DNA of 64,000 nucleotides, taken from Dehalococcoidia bacterium (GTDB lineage: Bacteria > Chloroflexota > Dehalococcoidia > SpSt-223). A program made the translations under genes and the position numbers. Every line of letters starts with the position of its first letter. The first letter of the stretch is position 1. This document shows positions 59,953 through 64,000 of this stretch, piece by piece. The notes beneath the pieces are model-generated. The model saw nothing but the letters and a program-made list of their open reading frames with translations, had not been told where the DNA came from and searched no databases. Location of the stretch: assembly GCA_026003895.1 (NCBI GenBank), contig BPIC01000007.1, positions 108,440-172,439 of the forward strand. Reading direction: 5' to 3'.

Positions 59953-62900
59953 ATGGATGTTTTTGCGCTTCGGGAGCGGGTCATTGACTGGTATCGTGAT
60001 TACGTATCGAGCTTCTACAACATTCTCGACCCAAGGCTTGCGGACTACGTATCGGAGGTGCTTGACCGGGGTCGGCTCTGGCCAGAGCCGCTGGTTCAGC
60101 TGAACCCATCCTTCGAGGCGGGGCGTTCGGTTGAGGAGTTGGTTTGGGCCGGTGAGCTGCATCCGGAATGCGCTCGGATTTTCCGCCGAGGAAAATCGGA
60201 CACGTCGGTCGGGACGCCAATTGTTCTTCACCGTCATCAAGAGGACGCGGTTCGAGCCGCGGCAACCGGCGAGAGTTTCGTGCTGACGACTGGCACGGGG
60301 TCGGGCAAAAGCCTCGCCTATTTCATCCCCATTGTCGATGCCGTTCTCAAAGCTGGCTCGGGAAAGGGGATAAAGGCCATCGTGGTCTACCCCATGAATG
60401 CGCTGGCCAATAGTCAACTTGAGGAGCTCGGCAAGTTTCTTGAGGCTGGGTATCCCGCCGGTCAGAGCCCTGTTCGTTTCGCTCGCTATACCGGGCAAGA
60501 GAGCGATGCCGAGCGCCAACGGATTTTGGAACAACCGCCAGACATCCTCCTTACAAACTTCGTAATGCTTGAGCTCGTGCTGACGCGACCGAGCGAGCGT
60601 GCGCTGGTCAGAGCAGCGGAAGGGCTGCAATTCCTGGTGCTCGACGAACTGCACACCTACCGCGGTCGGCAAGGGGCCGATGTTGCGATGTTGGTGAGAC
60701 GAGTCCGCGAGCGGTGCGGAGCGCCGACGATGCGCTGCATCGGCACGAGCGCTACTATCGCGGGCGCGGCAACGCTTGAGGATCGGCAACGAGAAGTCGC
60801 CGAGGTGGCCAGCCGCCTATTCGGGGTCCCGGTCCGGCCCGAGTCCGTCATCAGTGAGAGCCTGCGGCGGGCTGCCCGCCGGGAGGCCTCCGAGGTGTCG
60901 CCAGCAGAGCTTCGGACCGCCCTCGAGAATGACTCCCCGTTTCCCGAAACATTTGACCAGCTCGCGGATCATCCCCTAGCAGCGTGGACCGAGCTCGCAT
61001 TCGGCCTCCAGACTGACCCCAAAGGGCGACTCGAGCGGCGACCGCCGAGAACGATCCGGGATGCGGCGATTGAGTTAGCTAAGCTGACCAAGGTTGACGT
61101 CGAGCGCTGCGAGCGGCAGCTCAAAGCAATCCTTCTCGCAGGGTATCGTGCTGAGAACCCGGTCAACGGCAATCGATTCTTCGCCTTCCGCCTTCATCAA
61201 TTCATCAGCCGAGGCGACACGCTCTATGCTACGCCAGAGCCCCCCGAAGCGCGTTACGTGACGACTGAAGGGCAAGTGTATAAACCCGGTGATCGCTCAC
61301 GGGTGTTACTGCCGCTCGCGTTTTGTCGGTCGTGCGGACAAGAGTATTACGTCGTCCGACAGACGGAAACCGGCGATCTCGTTGCGCGCGATCTCGAGGA
61401 CCGCGATGGAACCGCCGGGTATCTCGCGATCGACGTGAAGCACGAATTTTCTGCTTCCCCCGAGGACCTCCCGGACGATTGGTTGGAGCTTGACCGTCAA
61501 GGAAACGTCCGCGTGCGTTCCAGCTACCGGAATGCTGTGCCGCGGCGTGTGGGGGTGACTCCGTCTGGCCAACTCGTCGAGGAAGGCAACGACAGCACTC
61601 CGGCGTGGTTCATGCCAGCCCCATTCCGGCTCTGTCTTCGGTGCGGGGTCTCGTATGCGAATCCGCGCGAACGCGACTTCACCAAGCTCGCCGAACTGGC
61701 AACCGAAGGCCGAAGCACTGCCACCACCGTGCTTTCCCTTGCCATTGTCTCAGCGCTCAAGGAAGAGGAGCGCCTCCCCGCTAGCGCCCGCAAGCTGCTC
61801 TCCTTCACCGACAATCGGCAGGATGCCTCGTTGCAGGCCGGCCATTTCAATGACTTTGTTCAAGTTGGGCTGCTGCGTGCGGCCCTGTACGCGGCTGTCC
61901 GCGCTGCCGGAGCACAAGGCCTCACGCACGACACGGTAGCCGCGAAGGTCGTGGAACAGCTTCGCCTGCCCTTCGCTGAGTACGCATCCAACCCAGAGGC
62001 CACACTCCTTGCCCGGCGAAATACCGACGAGGCGCTTCGAAGCGTCATTGCGTATCGGCTCTACCGAGACTTGCGGCGCGGCTGGCGCATCAACGCCCCG
62101 AACCTCGAACAGGTCGGCCTCCTCCAAATCGACTATCCCGAGCTGGGCGAGCTCTGCCGTAGCGAGGAGGTCTGGAACCGCCGGCATCCTGCACTCGCAG
62201 CCGCCTCGCCCGCGGTTCGCGAGCGTGTGTGTCGCACGGTCCTCGACTATTTCCGTCGCGAGCTGGCGATCAAAGTGGAGGTGCTTGACCCGGCTCACCA
62301 GCCCGCTATTCGCGATCGCAGCTATCAGTTCTTGCGGGCGCCGTGGGCGCTTGAGCAGGCCGAGCCAATGGAGAGCGCACCGGTAATCCGCATTGGCCCG
62401 AAAGACGGCCGGCTCAAGTTCGACCATCGCAACGTGACGGCGCGTACCCAACTCGGGCGGTATCTGCAGCGCGACTCCACCTGGCGGGACGGCGCGACAG
62501 GTCCAGTGGCGCCAAAATCGGGTGAAGTCGACCAGCTCGCACAAGATCTTTTTGCCGCCCTCGCCATTGGTGGCTACCTCGAGCCGGTTCCCGGCGTTGA
62601 TCGCGGCTACCGCCTGCAAGCCGGCGTGCTGCGCTGGGTGGAAGGAGACGGAACGCCGCCGGTCGATCCGCTTCGCATTTCCGGGCCGTCGACCAAACCG
62701 CGTTTCGTCAACCGGTTTTTCCGCGACTTCTATGCCACGGCGGCGTCGATGCTCGTGGGCTTAGAAGCGCGCGAGCATACCGCACAGGTATCGAACGACG
62801 AGCGAAAGGAACGCGAAAAACGATTCCGAAACGGTGACCTTCCGGTTTTGTACTGCTCGCCGACGATGGAGCTCGGCATTGATATTGCCGACCTCAACGC

Positions 62901-64000
62901 GGTTCACCTGCGCAACGTACCACCGACACCGGCAAACTATGCGCAACGGAGCGGCCGCGCCGGGCGCAGCGGTCAGCCAGCGCTCGTTGTCACCTACTGT
63001 AGCTCCTACAGTCCCCATGACCAGTACTACTTTCGCCGCGCCGAGCGCATGGTGAGCGGCCAAGTCGCACCACCGCGTATCGATCTTGCCAACGAAGACC
63101 TCATCCGAGCGCACCTACAGGCCGTTTGGCTTGCCGAGACTGGCCAAGACCTCGGCTCGTCGGTTGCTGACGTCCTCGACGTGAGCCAGCCGGACCTTCC
63201 GATTAAGGAAAGCGTCCGCTATTACCTCGAACGGCAGGACGCCCGGGAGCGAGCCCTTGAGCGGGCGAAACGCATCCTCGCGCCGATGAGCGAGGAGCTC
63301 GAACGCGCACTCTGGTACACGCCCGACTGGGTCGACGGGGTCTTCCAAACGGCTGCGCTCCGGTTCAACGAAGCGGCCGACCGCTGGCGTAACTTGTATA
63401 CCGCTGCCATGACCCAGCAGGAACGTCAGAACAAGATTGCGAATGATGTGTCCCGGACCAAAGAGGATCGTGACCGAGCAGCGCAGCTGCGCGCAGAAGC
63501 CGAGGCGCAACGAGATTTATTGCTCGGCGCGATGGACTTTCAAAACGACTTTTACAGTTACCGCTACTTTGCGAGCGAGGGTTTCTTGCCGGGATACAAC
63601 TTTCCTCGCCTGCCGCTCGCAGCCTACCTACCGGGGCGAACCAAGGGAGACGGTCGCAACGAATATCTCTCTCGCCCGCGCTTCCTCGCCATCTCAGAGT
63701 TTGGCCCGCAGAGCATCATCTACCATGAGGGCAATCGCTACCGCGTCACCAAGGTGCTCTTTCCATCGCGGGACGGCGAAAAGGTTACCCAGACGGCAAA
63801 GTTCTGTTTACAGTGCGGCTACGGACACTTTGGCGGGAACGTCGAGGCCGACGTTTGCCTGCACTGTGGCACGCAGCTGGACGCCGCACACTCGCAGTAC
63901 CGGCCGGACCTCCTGCGCCTCACCAATGTCGCGACCCGGCGGATCGACCGCATCAACTCGGACGAAGAAGAGCGTCAGCGGCTCGGCTATGAGTTGCGCA
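59953..64000 (+). CDS. large SF2 DEAD/DEAH helicase, YprA/DrmB/DruE-like, truncated by the window end
   Basis: AAGGAG then ATG 59953; hand translation gives LWPEPLVQLNPSF, TTGTGSGKS, YPMNALANSQ, LDELHTYRG, TSAT, FTDNRQDAS, PTMELGID, YAQRSGRAGR, GFLPGYNFP and four CxxC pairs; absent from the ORF track, consistent with no stop before the window end. Confidence 0.9.
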   Translation, partial: MDVFALRERVIDWYRDYVSSFYNILDPRLADYVSEVLDRGRLWPEPLVQLNPSFEAGRSVEELVWAGELHPECARIFRRGKSDTSVGTPIVLHRHQEDAVRAAATGESFVLTTGTGSGKSLAYFIPIVDAVLKAGSGKGIKAIVVYPMNALANSQLEELGKFLEAGYPAGQSPVRFARYTGQESDAERQRILEQPPDILLTNFVMLELVLTRPSERALVRAAEGLQFLVLDELHTYRGRQGADVAMLVRRVRERCGAPTMRCIGTSATIAGAATLEDRQREVAEVASRLFGVPVRPESVISESLRRAARREASEVSPAELRTALENDSPFPETFDQLADHPLAAWTELAFGLQTDPKGRLERRPPRTIRDAAIELAKLTKVDVERCERQLKAILLAGYRAENPVNGNRFFAFRLHQFISRGDTLYATPEPPEARYVTTEGQVYKPGDRSRVLLPLAFCRSCGQEYYVVRQTETGDLVARDLEDRDGTAGYLAIDVKHEFSASPEDLPDDWLELDRQGNVRVRSSYRNAVPRRVGVTPSGQLVEEGNDSTPAWFMPAPFRLCLRCGVSYANPRERDFTKLAELATEGRSTATTVLSLAIVSALKEEERLPASARKLLSFTDNRQDASLQAGHFNDFVQVGLLRAALYAAVRAAGAQGLTHDTVAAKVVEQLRLPFAEYASNPEATLLARRNTDEALRSVIAYRLYRDLRRGWRINAPNLEQVGLLQIDYPELGELCRSEEVWNRRHPALAAASPAVRERVCRTVLDYFRRELAIKVEVLDPAHQPAIRDRSYQFLRAPWALEQAEPMESAPVIRIGPKDGRLKFDHRNVTARTQLGRYLQRDSTWRDGATGPVAPKSGEVDQLAQDLFAALAIGGYLEPVPGVDRGYRLQAGVLRWVEGDGTPPVDPLRISGPSTKPRFVNRFFRDFYATAASMLVGLEAREHTAQVSNDERKEREKRFRNGDLPVLYCSPTMELGIDIADLNAVHLRNVPPTPANYAQRSGRAGRSGQPALVVTYCSSYSPHDQYYFRRAERMVSGQVAPPRIDLANEDLIRAHLQAVWLAETGQDLGSSVADVLDVSQPDLPIKESVRYYLERQDARERALERAKRILAPMSEELERALWYTPDWVDGVFQTAALRFNEAADRWRNLYTAAMTQQERQNKIANDVSRTKEDRDRAAQLRAEAEAQRDLLLGAMDFQNDFYSYRYFASEGFLPGYNFPRLPLAAYLPGRTKGDGRNEYLSRPRFLAISEFGPQSIIYHEGNRYRVTKVLFPSRDGEKVTQTAKFCLQCGYGHFGGNVEADVCLHCGTQLDAAHSQYRPDLLRLTNVATRRIDRINSDEEERQRLGYELR

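Noticed and set aside
59581-63510. Minus-strand ORFs such as 59581-60789 and 61750-62619
   Set aside because: Antisense shadows of the plus-strand helicase gene.
1-64000. tRNA, rRNA, integrase or transposase genes
   Set aside because: None recognised by eye; a covariance-model scan was not run.

Overview
GC-rich bacterial chromosome segment; gene content suggests Chloroflexota (inference, low confidence). Positions 1-49.5 kb are core and metabolic genes: serS, lysS, greA, nrdR-nrdJ, rmlC, a KimA-like permease, rho, a Tat-exported beta-carbonic anhydrase, a six-gene CoA-ligase/cyclase operon, an osmoprotectant ABC transporter, GT-C-like membrane proteins, a YgfZ-like protein, pepE and dnaE. 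From 49.5 kb to the end lies a defence island. It holds a complete type III-B effector operon (cmr1-cas10-cmr3-cmr4-cmr5-cmr6) plus a CARF-HEPN effector, with no cas1/cas2/cas6 or array in the window. Its Cas10 is short, lacks an HD domain and has GSDD in place of GGDD. Head-to-head with it are an SNF2 ATPase with a C-terminal SWIM finger and a YprA/DrmB-like helicase of over 1340 aa that runs off the window and is missing from the ORF track. This island is the best candidate for an undescribed system. Other points: three phased NrdR boxes, a greA leader terminator, a serine-hydrolase-fold protein lacking its catalytic residues, and eight +1 frameshifts at 31-34 kb that look like sequencing error. 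All family calls come from motif recognition by eye; no searches were run.
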